Below, in pieces: positions 50,181-64,000 of a stretch of 64,000 nucleotides of DNA. The DNA is taken from NCBI GenBank assembly GCA_035084275.1, contig CM068748.1, positions 9,114,001-9,178,000 of the forward strand, given 5' to 3'. The translations under genes were made by a program, and so were the position numbers. Positions within the stretch are counted from its first letter, which is position 1. Every line of letters begins with the position of its first letter. A model generated the notes under the pieces. It was not told the origin of the DNA. It searched no databases and saw nothing but the letters and a program-made list of their open reading frames with translations. This DNA comes from Hydrolagus colliei (taxonomy: Eukaryota).

Positions 50181-53100
50181 CAAATATACAACATTGGTTC
50201 CATCTTTTGACAGGCATACGATAAGTACAGTTTATGTTTTCTAATCTGCTGAACCTCATTTCTACTTGCTGTTCTGTTTATCCTGACACCATATTGTTAA
50301 TAAGATTTGTGATTTAAAAAAAAATCTAAACTGTACCAGTGAGGGCCCAGACCAAGAGACTGCTAGCTGCAACCTATGAATCTGTCAATAGACTTGTGTA
50401 CTGTCAGTTAACATGGTGGTAAGTCAAAATGTAGTGACAAGAAACAGCCTTGTGTAAAGAATGCCAGCAAAAGATTAATATCAGTTATGCTCACATCATC
50501 ATTAATTGTATTACCGAACAAATAAATCCAATTAAAACAGCTACATCAATGGCGTTAAATTACAGAAAAACCAAGTTCTAGTTGCTTTCTGGGAAACAAG
50601 CAATTACATAAGAACATAAGAAATGCCGGATGAAGAAAAGACCGAGGTACATCTAGTTTGCCTTCCACCTTCCTAGCATGCACGCATCTTCAAGCTCCAA
50701 AAGTCAGTATCACTGTACCTTTGTGGAGTAATGTGACTTGCACCACAGATAGTATTGCCTATAGTACCATGTGATATAGTTCCATTTGATTCACTGCATT
50801 TTGTAATGTTATGCTCTAATCTGAAAGAGACAACTTATTCTATTCGTTCAATGAATCTGAGACAATAGATTCTATAACCTTCAAGCTATGAAACATTGAG
50901 CTACCAATGTGAATCATGGAGTTTGCTATTTTTATAAACCTACTCCACCCTAAATATAGAACTGAGTGCCTATGTGCATCAGAGTGGATTTTTGTTCCCT
51001 CTTTGCTATTACACAAAGCCAATGGCAAAGAAGAGTTCCTTTGTTACTTTTTTTTGTTAAATTTTTGTTAAAAGTTGCCAACGAGAAAACAACTCCAGTG
51101 CAGTGATGGCTATACTTGCAATGGGTGAGCACAAGGCTGGAATTCTAGCTCAGGGACATATGTACTCACTGCTCCAGAGGATTGGATACAATTGTTTCCT
51201 TGGCACACAATTTGAAATCAACGATAAATTACATTGGAAAGATGGAAACTGCTTACGCTATAACAAATAACCATGCAAGTAAAGCTTCCGCACAAAGGGA
51301 AACAACATATGTTCAGAAAGTAGGGAACTTTCAAGTGTCGCTAGAGGGAGAGACAACAGTCTTGACATAGTACAGAACAGACGTTCATTTGCAAAGGCAT
51401 AATAGTAATAATATCCTAATGCACTAGTCTATTAGGGGAAACAAAACACTCATTATCTAGTCTTTGCCCCTCCCCAAGACATTTCTTAATTGTAGTGTGC
51501 AGCTTTTTCTCATCCGAACATTTAAACAGTTGGGTGAAATACAGTAACATGGAATACTGTAAATTCACTTGCATTATTTCATTGCAAATAAAGAATTAAA
51601 TTTATATCACTGTGTTGAAATCAAAGTTTATTGTTCTCGCTCTCTCCCTCAACTGATATTGGTCTTGTGGTTCCAAGATTGTGAAACTCCCCTTGGTTGT
51701 AGAATTGATCGTTTTAAAACCCAAGGCTATTGTCACTGAGCCCTGAACTTCCCTGATTTTCTTTCCTACTTTGACACTATATCAAATACAATGAATATTG
51801 TTATAAAAGCCCTCTGCTCCCTCCTACAGTTCATTCGACCAGAGCACAACTTCTCAATCAGCACAAAAAACATTTGACATAGTGCATGTACTGAGTGTTT
51901 CTGATATTTTATTTCTGTTCAATGTTACTTGTTTAAAGCGTTACGATTTATTTGGATTGTAAACTCATTTTAAAGTCTTCACCTGCAGCTATTCATTGCC
52001 ACTCACCAAATCCAAAGAGTGTGAGATGAACAATGTGAACAGGCTGTTGGACTAAAACTACTAAATCAGCTGAGTTAATTCATCAGAAGGCGTGCTGACA
52101 TTGTACAATACTGTGGTTACACTACACCTGGAATCCCACATGTTGAGACATCGGTCTCACATTTATACCACATAGTGGAGCTGCCAAACCTCCTGTTGGG
52201 AAGAGTCAAGTCAAGCAAAGGTTCCTAGGGAGACACAACATCTGGCTCTGTGGTGAGTTCTCAAGCACAATTTTGCCACTGATTTCAGAAACATTCTGAG
52301 AATAGGTTCCCACACATTAAGTACAAGATGGTGTGTGTATGTATGTGTTAGACTTAGAAAGGAGGGGAACACATTAAAAAGTAGGAATCCCTGATGCCAG
52401 GGGCTTTGACCCAAGATTTGCAGTACTAGACAGTGAAAAATCTATGCATAAAGAGTCACTGTTTTTCTATTGTATCGTCCCTTTTCACATAACAAATACA
52501 CTCATTCAATTAGTCTTTTTACATTATATTTACATCAGGGCATCTATCACAGTATAGAGGCCCTAAATCTAAACTATCTCCAAATATTTTAGTTCCACTG
52601 AAAACAAAAAGGGTTGAATTCTCCCCCCTTGAGGAAGGAGAATCACACTCCAAGTGATAAACTGAGCATTAGGACAATTGAATTGCACAGTATGCAGAGA
52701 TCAGATATGTTTAAGGAACTGCCTTGAAAAGATTAGAATGATATAAATCATATGAAACTCGAGCAGTTTTATCACTAACATGTCATCCTCAAAAGACATT
52801 ACTCCTTTGGAAAACTCTATGATGGTTACTGTTATAATATTTTTTGAATGAAATTGCTTCTTAGTATTTTTGTAGAAGAGTTAATTCCGTTAGCAATGTA
52901 TTGAAAAGGAGTATTGTTTTTAAATTGGATGGCCAGCTTGCCCATAGGCACCACATGACTTGATGTCTAATGATAACAGGATTCATTTCTTTGCATGTAG
53001 AATTGCAATAACATTCCCTGTATATATTAGAAAGCCATTTGTGAGATTAATCAGGATGATCCTACAAGCTTTTATCAATTTGTATTAAATGAAATGTATG

Positions 53101-53914
53101 CTCTGCTTTTTCCTCATCTGTTGTACATTCTCTATGGCATAAATATTTTCTCATGTCTCCCAGGCCAATTAATTCTTAATTGCGAGCATTGGGAACAAAA
53201 TAGTCCACTAAGTCAAAGGTTAGACAACTTCAAATTTGTTTATTTTTAATAGCAAGATTAGTCTTTAAACTTTGCACTAATACCAAGAATCAATCTTCTA
53301 GTCACATTAACCTTAGTCGTGTAATTGATACACAAGCTATATTTTCCCCTACTTGTTTTCTTTTTTCTAAAATTGAGCATCCTTGACTGATCTGTGTTGA
53401 TCAAGAAGACATTGAGCAGAAGGAAAAGTGATTCCCCTATATAGAAGGTAAAATTGTTGGACAAATTATCCCACCCAGGTGCTCACACACACCCTAGGTT
53501 TTGTGCCTAAAGGATATTGGGAGCAGGTCCCTCTCAGCAAGGGAAAAGCAGAAAAATAAAACCAACAACATGCATCAATAAAGCGCCCTTCACATAGGGA
53601 GCAATGAAGTTTGACACCGAGCTGGAAAGGCAGGGGAGATGATCAAAGGCACAGTTGAAGAAGAAAACAACAACATAGTATTTTTTAAAAATGTATATAC
53701 AGGAGAAAGAAAATGTAGAGGCAACTTTTTCAATATAAAGTTCTCCTCGGATCTATAAAGAAATATGGAAAACGCTCAGGATTGAGATTTAAAAATCTGT
53801 CATGAAATAATAAGAACACAATCATGCTCGACAGGCTGAAGGACCTAATACAAGTTTGGCAGAACAACCGATTCTGCAAGAAAAATCTGATGAAATGTTT
53901 ACTGTCTCCTGAAG

Positions 53915-54245
53915 GCACACAATTTCAGAGTCTAACTCTGGATTAAGGCTTCCAGGGCTTTGAATGATCATTCTTCTATTGCATTGATCAGACTGAATTC
54001 AGAAAGTCTAGGCTGACACTTTGATCGGTGTGCATTGCATCCTTGGATGTACCATCCCTCTGCTGAGACGTTAATCTGAGTTCAGTCTGCCCACTCAGAT
54101 GGACGTTAAAGATCCCATGACACTATTTGAAAAGAGGCTCAGGCCAATATTCCAGTAGATATAATTGTTCAATCACTCCATGGCTGTTTCTGGGAGATTA
54201 TTAAACACATGTTAGCTGCTGCTATTGCATACAAAATACATAATC
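53915..54245 (+). mobile_element. DeuSINE-like copy
   Basis: tctaggctgacact...tgagacgttaa...tctgcccactcagatggacgttaaagatcccatgacactatttgaa. Confidence 0.7.
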
Positions 54246-54259
54246 ACTCCACTTTATAG

Positions 54260-55666
54260 TAGGGTCCGGCGATATATCGATATATCGATAAAACCCAACA
54301 TAATTTTCATATCGATATGCCGACATAGACATTTTAAAAATATCGATATATCGAAAAAACGATATATCGAGGTAAAAAATCGGGATGCGAGCACACTGAA
54401 CTACAATACCCAGAATGCTCATCTCTATACACAATGCACAGACCGAGGTGCAAAGCCGCCATATTGTATTCACAATCCTCGAATACAATATACAGGTATG
54501 CAAGGGCTGGGGGTTGAGGGAGATGGCTGGGGGGGAGAGAGGGAGAGAGACTGCTGGGGGGGGGTGAGGGGGAGATAGACGGCTGGGGGGGGGAAGAGGG
54601 GGAGAGAGACGGCTGGGGGGGGGAGAGGGGGAGAGAGACGGCTGGGGGGGGGGAGAGGGGGAGAGAGACGGCTGGGGTGGGGGGGAGAGACGGCTGGGGG
54701 GGGGAGAGGGGGAGAGAGACGGCTGGGGGGAGGAGGAGAGAGACGGCTGGGGGGAGGGGGAGATAGACGGCTGTGGGGGGAGAGGTGGAGAGAGAAGGCT
54801 GGGGGGAGGGTGAGAGAGACAGCTGGGGGGAGAAAGACGGCTGGGGGTGTGAGAGAGACGGCTGGGGGGAGGGGGAGAGAGACGGCTGGGGGGAGGGGGA
54901 GAGAGATGGCTGGGGGGGGAGGAGAGGGGGAGAGGGACGGCTGGGGGGAGGGGGAGAGAGACGGCGGGGGGGGCAGGGAGAAAGAGACGGCTGGGGGAGT
55001 GGTGGGGGAGAGAGACGACGGGGCGGGAGGTGCGAGACGGCTGGGGGGAGGGGGAGATAGACGGCTGTGGGGGGAGAGGTGGAGAGAGAAGGCTGGGGGG
55101 AGGGTGAGAGAGACAGCTGGGGGGAGAAAGACGGCTGGGGGTGTGAGAGAGACGGCTGGGGGGAGGGGGAGAGAGACGGCTGGGGGGAGGGGGAGAGAGA
55201 CGGCTGTGGTGGGGGGGAGAGAGACGGCTAGGGGGGGAGGGAGAGAGAGACGGCGGGGGGGGGGGGAGGGAGAAAGAGACGACTGGGGGGGTGGTGGGGG
55301 AGAGAGACGACGGGGGTGGGGGGTGCGAGAGAGGGACGGCGGGAGAGACGGGGTGGATGTGATAATATACAGATAGATACAGATGGGGGGGATGTGAGAG
55401 AGGAGAGAGGGAGAGAGGCACAGAGACACACAGACAGAAAAACACAGAGTGAGAGACACAGAGAGAGAAAGATATTTACCTCCTGAGAAGATAGGCCCCG
55501 AATGCGCGCGCACCCGGAATGCGCGCACACCCGGGATGAGCGCGCACTCTGAATGCGCGCGCGCATGCGCAGTACTAAAAAACTGAAAATATCAATATTT
55601 CGGTATATCTCGATATGAGCCCATCGATATATCTAATCGGAAAATTTTCCATAGCGACGGACCCTA
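54260..55666. mobile_element. Non-autonomous hAT-like transposon with an internal G-rich minisatellite
   Basis: TIRs TAGGGTCCGGCGATAT and (reverse complement) TAGGGTCCGTCGCTAT; 8-bp TSD ctttatag/ctttatac; subterminal atcgatat repeats. Confidence 0.85.
54503..55355 (+). repeat. G-rich minisatellite, unit about GAGAGACGGCTGGGGGGAGGGG
   Basis: Directly visible; source of the spurious Pro/Ser-rich and Gly/Arg-rich ORFs. Confidence 0.92.
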
Positions 55667-58600
55667 CTTTATACTAAGTCCTGTGAAATGCTCCAAGATG
55701 TATCAACATGAAAGGCACTACTGTTTATTGAATTCAAGAATTATTATTATATTATAACACCAACAGTGGACAAAAGCTTGGCAAATGCTCTAAAGAATAA
55801 TCCAAGTTCATAACTAACTTCATTCAATGAATATTTGTTTTTCTGGTCTTTTTTCAGTCTTTGCACATGTGCATCTTAAGAATATAAGGCAGCATTGTAT
55901 AAAACACTAAAGTAATGCTCAGTGTAAAATTGGTTATTATTATTAGTACTTGTGTTAAAATGATAGTTGATATAGGAGCACAAAATATGATGTGTTTATT
56001 ATGATCAGTGATAACACATTGCAGTTTGCACCTCACATATTTCAAACATTTTGATTTCCAATATAATTCAATTTTCATCCTCAGGTTCGTAAACACACAT
56101 ACACACATCAACACTAGCTTTTATGTCAGCAACTAATATATTCAATGTTTTAAATTTTTCCCTTAGTATTGCTCACAATGTTAATTAAGTGCAGACTCAC
56201 GTAACAACACAGCCTATACCAACCCAAAAAAGACCCAGAGTTGTGACCTGATGTTACTCAGTCTGTCAAATTCAAGTAAGTTTGCATTTGACTCCACAAT
56301 ACATTGTTGATTTTTAGCCTGCTATGGTAATTGCAAGTTGCCTCTAAAGCAAACAAGTAACAAAACTGCATCCAATTTCATAACTAACGTCATTCAAGGA
56401 ACATTTGTTTTTCTGGTCTCTTTTTAGTCTTTGCACACGTGCACCTTATGACTTTCATTCTCAGTTCTCTACAGTCAAACATATAAATCCATATTTACTC
56501 TAAGAGGCTTATACGGTGGATGATGAGGTGCTCTCGTCTGCAGCACATTCATAATGCCCAGATTAGCTAAACTACAATTTGTATTTTGTACAAAACCTAT
56601 TCATCGGGTGAAAAAAATATATAGCAAATCAAAATAGTACCTGAAGCAAAGATATTCTGTCTTATTTGAGCACTTACTTGCTCCAGTCTGTCTGCTCCCT
56701 CCTGCACTCCCATGTTCTCCTGCTAAAGATGAAACCTGATGATCCAATTAATGTCTACTCGGATACAGCAACTCACTGTGGCATTACATCAGGGCTAAAA
56801 ATACCATCTGAGATTATAGAGTTAAAGATATTACCCACAACAGAGTTAAAGAAACACTTAGACAGATCTGAATAAATACACCCAGCTCATATAAACTCAA
56901 AAAAAGTTCTACTAAATATGTTCTCAAAACACTTGCTTAACAATTCCCAAGATTCCAAGTGAGCTTACCATATTTGTTGGGTCCCATCAACACCGTCAAA
57001 ATGTAAACGTGATACATAAGGACCAAAATAGCACCAGCAGATGCTTTATAACCCAATGGCTGCTCTCCCTTTATGTGTTTGCTTATCAGCTCATTTGTAC
57101 AATGCAGAGCATTCCTTGCTGCCTAACCCAACAGCTCCCATTAAGAGCAAGTCACCCATGGTTATGAAATGCCGCTCAAAGCTAACTCTCTGGTTTATAT
57201 GGATTAATATTTTCCCCGATATTCAGGCCTGTGGAATTACATTGAGGAGTCGTTGCGGATTAAAAGAGAAACAAAACCCTTAGTCAGCAGTAATATTAAG
57301 CATCATAATGATCTCACTTTAGTGATGGTAGAGAGCTAACTGGGGTACATTGTTGCCAGATATTTTTGTCCTCAACCAACAGTCAGGTCAAATATTATCA
57401 GCTACGGTTGCAAAAATGTAACTATGCCACAATGTTCAAAATATTCATATTGTACAGACACAAAGAATCATTGTGATTGCAACAATAACAAAAAAGACCT
57501 GCAGATCTTTTAAAGTCCCGTGACTTCAATACTGTATTTCTCAGCTGGAAATAATTTGCAGGCAGTCATTTCTGCATTAGGAGCTTGAGGTATAGCCATG
57601 AGGTGATGCAATGGTTGATTGCTTTAACCCTTACACAGCTGCAGAACCTCTTTTGCATTATTGTACGTCCACTGCCAGGATTATAGATGGGGGGTCAATT
57701 TGGATCAACTCAAAATAACCTAGCGTTGTCAGTGCAAACTTCAGACTGTATCTCTACCCTCTGCGCAAAGTTGCTACCTTAGGTAGGTACTATCTCAGAG
57801 AACCCTGCTTAATGGAGTACACCCAGAATGAACAAACCATGAGAGGAATTGCTGGTGTGAGCTGGATAGTCAGATGGACGTGTGAATCTATTTTATTCTT
57901 AAGGTTACACCCCATAGGGAGAAGGTGAATTTAAGGAGCTGCTACAACTCTCCAAGCAGGGACAGGTCCAATGAGTGGTAAAGTATCTACTGTATGTGTA
58001 TGTAGCATCCATTTCAGGAATGATCTAATTGGCATACCCAATCAATTAGTACTTAAGATTAGGTTGGATAAACTCATGATGTACTGCATCAATGCAATGA
58101 TCTATCTATGACATAGAATCCATGGGTAGCTGAACGCATGCTAGTTTCTGCTCTCAATTGTTACGCCATGGGCCTGCAATAAGTGGAGACACCATGATGT
58201 GATGTGTAGTATGAAAAGGTGCAAGACAGAGAAATTGGTAAAATGCTTTAAAGTTTAAAACAAACACTAATGCCACACATCCCAACATCTACTATAAATA
58301 ATCCCCCACTATTAGAAGAGAAGGTTGCAGCAGGTGCTTTTTTTATTCCAACATTCAGATTCAAGCAATTTTGCTTAAGGTTAACTAGAGAAGCAGCAAA
58401 CAAGATCAAATTCAGAAATATAGAGCAAAGGACACGCTAGTATTACTTAAGTGACCTTGATTAGGGTAAAGAAATATTCAAACTACTTTAATCTGCAAAT
58501 GAAACCAAGCCAGTGGAGCTGTGAAATTAGAGGAGGCAGCCAAAATCTTACAAAGAGAGCTTGACAGGGTGTTCTCCTGTGCTTATTTTTTCAAATAAAA

Positions 58601-58669
58601 TTGCATTCAGATAAATGCAAAACATTGGAAGTAAATATAATGTCACAAGTACTAAATGGAAAGGAAATA

Positions 58670-59517
58670 CAGATACCCCGCCCCAACCATGGCTTCATCA
58701 ACCATGAAACTCATGCATCCACAGTTTGCTAAATGCGACAACCCTTGCCAACCATGGCTTATAACCCTTGCTTATCCACGGGTTTCAACACTAACACTAC
58801 CGTTTAGTGCTAGGACCCAATTGCATCAACTAACCTCGATGTGGCTTCGTGCTAGCGTATAGCCCTAGGACCCAGTTACAATGTCGCAATCAACCAGCGA
58901 CAACGCTTCTCTCTTAGGATTAAGGTAAATACAGTAAAATTAATTTATAGTCGTTTCTCCGCAGTAAGTTTGGGAACATTGGCTGCCAGGATCTGCAGAT
59001 CTCTCTCTCTGTAAGTGTATCATAGGCTGTAGAAGTCTCTCTCTCTGTATCTCAGACTGAAGAGGGATCTCTCTATCTCTCGCTCTCTCTGTGAGTGCAT
59101 CTCGGACTTCAGAAAATTCTCTCTCTCACCTTCTCTCTGTTTCACCTTCTCTTACCCCCACCCCATCTCCCCCACCCATCTCCCCCCCCCCATCTCTCTC
59201 TCTTCTCCGTCTGTATGTAGATCAGTCAGTCAGTCAGACAGCCTCATGGATTGCTGCAGATGCGCCCAAACTTACTTCCCCTATCCCCATGTATGTTACA
59301 ACTGTATGTGTTTTTTTGTGTTTAGTTCTATGAAACGCGAACTTACTCCCCGCATCCCCATGTTTCCCATAGGGCCTTGCATTTTCCAACCGCGAAAAAG
59401 CAAACTTACTCCCCCTATCCCCATGTTTCCCATAGGGCACTGTATTTTCCAACTGCGGTTTTACCAACCACGGAGGTTTACAGGAACGTATCCCCCGCGG
59501 TTGGGGAGGGATACCTC
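58670..59517. mobile_element. Tigger/pogo-like non-autonomous element
   Basis: TA|CAGATACCCCGCCCCAACC ... GGTTGGGGAGGGATACCTC|TA (15/19 inverted match); internal ~60-nt tandem duplication at 59335-59460. Confidence 0.7.
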
Positions 59518-62500
59518 TACTGTAATGTGCAAAACAGAAGACTGTAAGAAACCTGGATTGTTAGAAGTTAAGACTTCAGCGCTAAAATTATACTAAATTC
59601 AAAATTAATCTAGTGAAGATTGAGATCCTCATTTCTTCATGGAACATGGACATGGAAACTTAATCCAATCAATAATTTCAAAAAAATTATTATTCATCTC
59701 TCCAGTCTCTCCTCCCTCCTTTGTTTGGTGATCATCCGCTAGAAGATATGCGGTAAATAGCATAAATTGGGGTTTACCAGTTTTTCCTCTGCCTCAAGGT
59801 GAAGTACCAGATCGAAAATATGCAAATCCATCTGGCACATTGGCTGAGAACTGTCAAAACTCATCCAACCAAGCAACTGTGAGCAATAAGCAGGCCTGAT
59901 ACGCCAATTTGTGACCTATTTAGCAGTCAAGTGTCAAACTGAATCTACTTTAAGACAAGCCTTAATGACAACCCTGTTATTTTAAGCTCTGAATGTAATT
60001 CGCATTTCCAACTGAATTATGAAAGAACTAGTAGGAAACAACTAGCATTTCCTGAGTGACAGAATGCCCCACTCCAATGAAGTTGATAAGCCAGTACATC
60101 CTGTAGGAAATCATATTTCCCAATGACTAGTCATGAGTTAGTATTAGGTATAAACCCAGAAGTACAAGTATGGAAATACTTCAAATATTTAGATTGTATG
60201 GACTTTGAAAATGTTAAATATGGTAGTAGATCACACAAGAGAGATTAACAAGGTAATTTAACATTAGGCCCATGTCACTGCACAGAGTGCAACAGGAGTG
60301 TTTCTGGGTATCAACAACATTGTCAATACAGTCAGTGAACTATTTATTCATTCTTGAATGATGACAGACTTTAAGAATTGCATCGAAAATCAGATTACCG
60401 GTAGTAAAATATCCTGTGGAGGATAAAGCTTAGAATGGAGTTCGATGGAGATATTTGAATCAATGCATTGACAGATACCTTCTAAGAGATCATTTCTCAT
60501 CCCATTGTTATGACCTTTTAACTCAATACTGTACTTATCGCTTTTATATTTATTTTACGTTCCTCCATTCTGGACATGTTCTGTCCTTTTAGTTCTGTAC
60601 ACATTACTCTCTTCTAAGACTGCTCTTGACCAAAGGCAATTTACCTATAAATTCTCTTCCTCTATGATGGATAGTCTGCCACTTGTGATTATTGAAATTT
60701 ACTAAGTGCTTTGGGTCAGTGTGGATACATCTTTGATCATAGTGTGATATTCTAGGAGGTTAATGTGCAAGACCACTCAGCTGTGTATGTACTGCTCCTT
60801 GTACCATTATTATATTTTATCTCCAATTTTTTAATTACAGCAACAATAGAAATTAGTTTTTGAAAAATCACTCATGACTCTTTAAGAAATATACCTTAGT
60901 TTACATTCAGGGGCTGATCATATGTGCAGACCAGCTTTCTCCTTGATATTTCAGAAGTATTTATTTCAAACAGTTAAAAATATTGCTAGTTTTATAATTC
61001 AAATTTCTGCAAACTTTGGGTGTACCTCAATCTCTTATAATTGCTTGGGATGAGAGAGTGGGGGACAAGAACAGATCTGATGCAATACATTTGGACACGG
61101 GAGAGACAGGATTTTTAAAATAAAACTATTGAATTGGAATAAGAGAGACAAGGAACAAGACACCTGGGTTTCTTTCGGACCTAGCCAAGAATGCTTAGGC
61201 TTTACCATCTAAGCATGTCCAAGCAAAATATTTTAAAGAAATACTGACCATCCAAATAAAGTTGTAAAGCACAACTTTCTTTGTAAAATTTAAACCAAAG
61301 GGAAAAGACTGGTGAAGGGTGTACATCCCATTGATAGACAATGGTGGCAAAGACAGCCGCCCATTCCTCCCCTCCCTCCATATTTTCCCAGCTTTATATG
61401 TGAGGCATGCTACAGGAATACTGCTGGTTCCTTTGTTTTCAATCGCAGGAATAGTGCAGATGCAAATGTAACAAATTGTAAGCTTGAGCTAATTAAACAA
61501 AACATTTTCACAACATTTATACAGTATATTTTGCTTTCTTTCAAACTGACTTTGAAGAGATAGGTTGAATTTATAAAGTAGAAAACAAATCATGATAGTA
61601 GCAAATTGAAATTACCTATAAACATCATGTATCAACCTGAACACTAGGCAATTTTGCCTCAAAAACTTCCTAAACAAACCTTAAACATTTGAACTTCAAT
61701 ACATATGTTTTAGAACAGATTTGAAAGCTTTGTGAAAAACATTCATGTTTTCCTTAATGGTGCTGAATTTCAAGAACTGCTATTTAAGTAAATCACTGTA
61801 AATCAATCCTAATGTGAAATAACCCATGGCACTTACTAGAAATGGAAGTCTATTTGTGTTAGCTACACATAACTTGACTTGATAACACTACCTGTTTAAG
61901 TCAGTGAAAAGCAGAAATGTGCAAAAGGGGGAGGGGGAACACCCCCTACAGAAATTAAACTGGACTGCAAGCAATTTCATATTTCATAGCCTGGTGCTCC
62001 TAGTATTATAATAGGCAATGCATGTTACAGGGAACTGGAAGATATAACACACTTCAATCCAAAATGGCTGGAGCTACACAGTGATGCCTTTCCTTTTAAC
62101 CTTGAAAGTAGATGCTATTAACGTGCATCATAAAGCACTACAAAATCACTCAATAGGCACATATTGTGGGTTACAATGTTCTTATGCGTTATAAACCACC
62201 TTAGCCACTATTACTGTTCAAGAAATCTGCATTCACACCATTTCAATTGAATATAAAACAAGTGTGTTGTGTTGATATTCAAATGGAAAATAGCTGCTTT
62301 ATTTTAGGGAGGTGCAAACCTTGAAGTAGTAATTGTTGTTTTGTTTTCACGGATTTACCGCATTATTTTTCCTGCAGGTTTTTGTAGAAATGCAGATTTT
62401 TGCTCATTAAATCATAGGCAAGGTATCATTATACTAGAAGAAGCACATGCACACTGCTGTCAGGATTAAACAGTCAGTAACAACATCACCAAAAGAGCAA

Positions 62501-64000
62501 TTCCATCTGTAAATATTTCAACTTTCTAATCCAAATGTATTTAACACTCACTCTGGTGTTGGCATACACCTCAATACCGTATTAAGAGAAACAGTATAAA
62601 ATAATATTAAATGTGGCAACAATTAGATCACAAGGCCTTTAATAACAATCTGGGCATTAATACAGTCCTTACGGTTTCTGAAAAGTATTTGCTACTGGTT
62701 GGAATTTGATGTACTAGGTTAAAAAAAACTAATGATTACATTTGTGCATTATGACACAAATTACTGTACTAGTTCTGGGAGCATTGTGAACACTATCGAG
62801 TCTAACTTGATATTCATTCACCACAAGAGTCACAAATAGTGAACAGAAGTGTGCCATGCTGACCCACGGGATCACCACAATCTGCTTCTGAAACAAATCC
62901 TAGCCACCTGCGTCACATTATATCAGGTACCAGCAGGAATCACTACTTACGATTCCCGACTCTTGCTGGAATATCACATTCTATGCCCCTCCGTTTAACT
63001 TATAAAGCACACCCCAATGTCCAGAACGTTCCACCTGATGCAGCAATTCATTTTATAGTAATCTGTACTGAGTCTAACACTGGTCTTCTTTAAGAGTTTC
63101 TTTCCGACTGGACAAAATAAAAACAAAGATCTAAGAATAAAAGTGCTAAGCTCATCTCTACACAACTGATTAATTTTTAAATATTGTTTTTAAACTGAAA
63201 CAAGCACAGATGTTTGTCCATAGGGAGTGAGGCGCACATAGTGCATTTCCAAAACAACAAAACCACTGATGAGAAAAGCTATATTTTGGGGAAGGTTTTT
63301 CTTAAGAAAGGCATTGCATCTCTTGCATGCCAACTGCTATATCATCCACTTCAAAGCTAAGCCATGAGTTGGGCAAAACCTGAGGGAGTGGTTATAGCCA
63401 GACAATATCAATCTAAATTTCAGTTTATACACCATCACAAGAGGCAGTAAAAGTACTGGTGTTGTGATGAAATTAGACACATTAGTTGCATAATATGGAG
63501 TACTTATACTTCATCAAGGGAACTCCAGGAGTTGACATCTGGAGATCAATAGGAGGCAGAGAAGTACCACAGCTAAAGGTGAGGGAAACAATACAGATTG
63601 AATCTTAAAATGACTCTCAAATATGGAATACTCAATGTAAACAGACATGTTTCATGACCACCATCTGAAACACTGCTTGGATGCCAAATCACATTTGTGG
63701 TTTCTTTGAAGTCTGACTGCAGCCAAATAAATGCTCCCACTGCCTAGAGGAAATCAACATCTGAGTGGAATTCCCTCAGGTAAAACACATATGGTACACT
63801 GGGATTGTGCAGGATTTTGTTTTATTAATCATTGCATATGAAACTCCAAAGTTTGTCTGTTTGTTAACATTGTAGGTACATTTCTGAGAAATTAGCACAA
63901 GGACTAAAGAGGACTATCTCTGATAGAATTGATTAGCTGCCTCTGAAAAAATACCACCATGTCTAATGACATAACATTAACGGTGCTTGGATCTGATGTA

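Noticed and set aside
54222-55528. Long Pro/Ser-rich and Gly/Arg-rich ORFs (407, 352 and 188 aa)
   Set aside because: Artefacts of the stop-free G-rich minisatellite inside a non-autonomous transposon; open in several frames
56500-64000. ANK3 first coding exon
   Set aside because: No segment resembling known ANK3 N-termini with a suitable donor was found; it is presumably upstream of the window

Overview
AT-rich vertebrate genomic DNA containing most of the 5' coding half of an ankyrin-G (ANK3) gene on the minus strand. I read the exons by hand from AG/GT boundaries. They run from the second coding exon (47733-47834, [14 protein letters not shown]...DINICNQ) through the ANK-repeat membrane-binding domain, built almost entirely of 99- and 198-nt phase-0 exons, and into the linker before the ZU5/spectrin-binding domain (last exon 390-492). 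The first exon(s) lie beyond 64000 and the rest of the gene lies below position 1. Several small exons that the ORF track does not resolve are present: a 24-nt MMVNRTTE microexon, a 63-nt linker cassette, a 12-nt PKI microexon and a probable internal first exon (MASQE+1 nt) for short isoforms lacking the ANK repeats. The introns carry a tRNA-headed SINE family, DeuSINE/SacSINE-like copies, L2 and CR1 remnants, and three non-autonomous DNA transposons (hAT-like, Tigger-like and a 9-bp-TSD element with internal TTAGGG repeats). The repeat set suggests a cartilaginous fish (inference). There are two assembly gaps, at 10089-10219 and 10859-11133. I see no evidence of a wholly new gene system. The most interesting signals concern splicing, alternative promoters and transposons interacting with ANK3.
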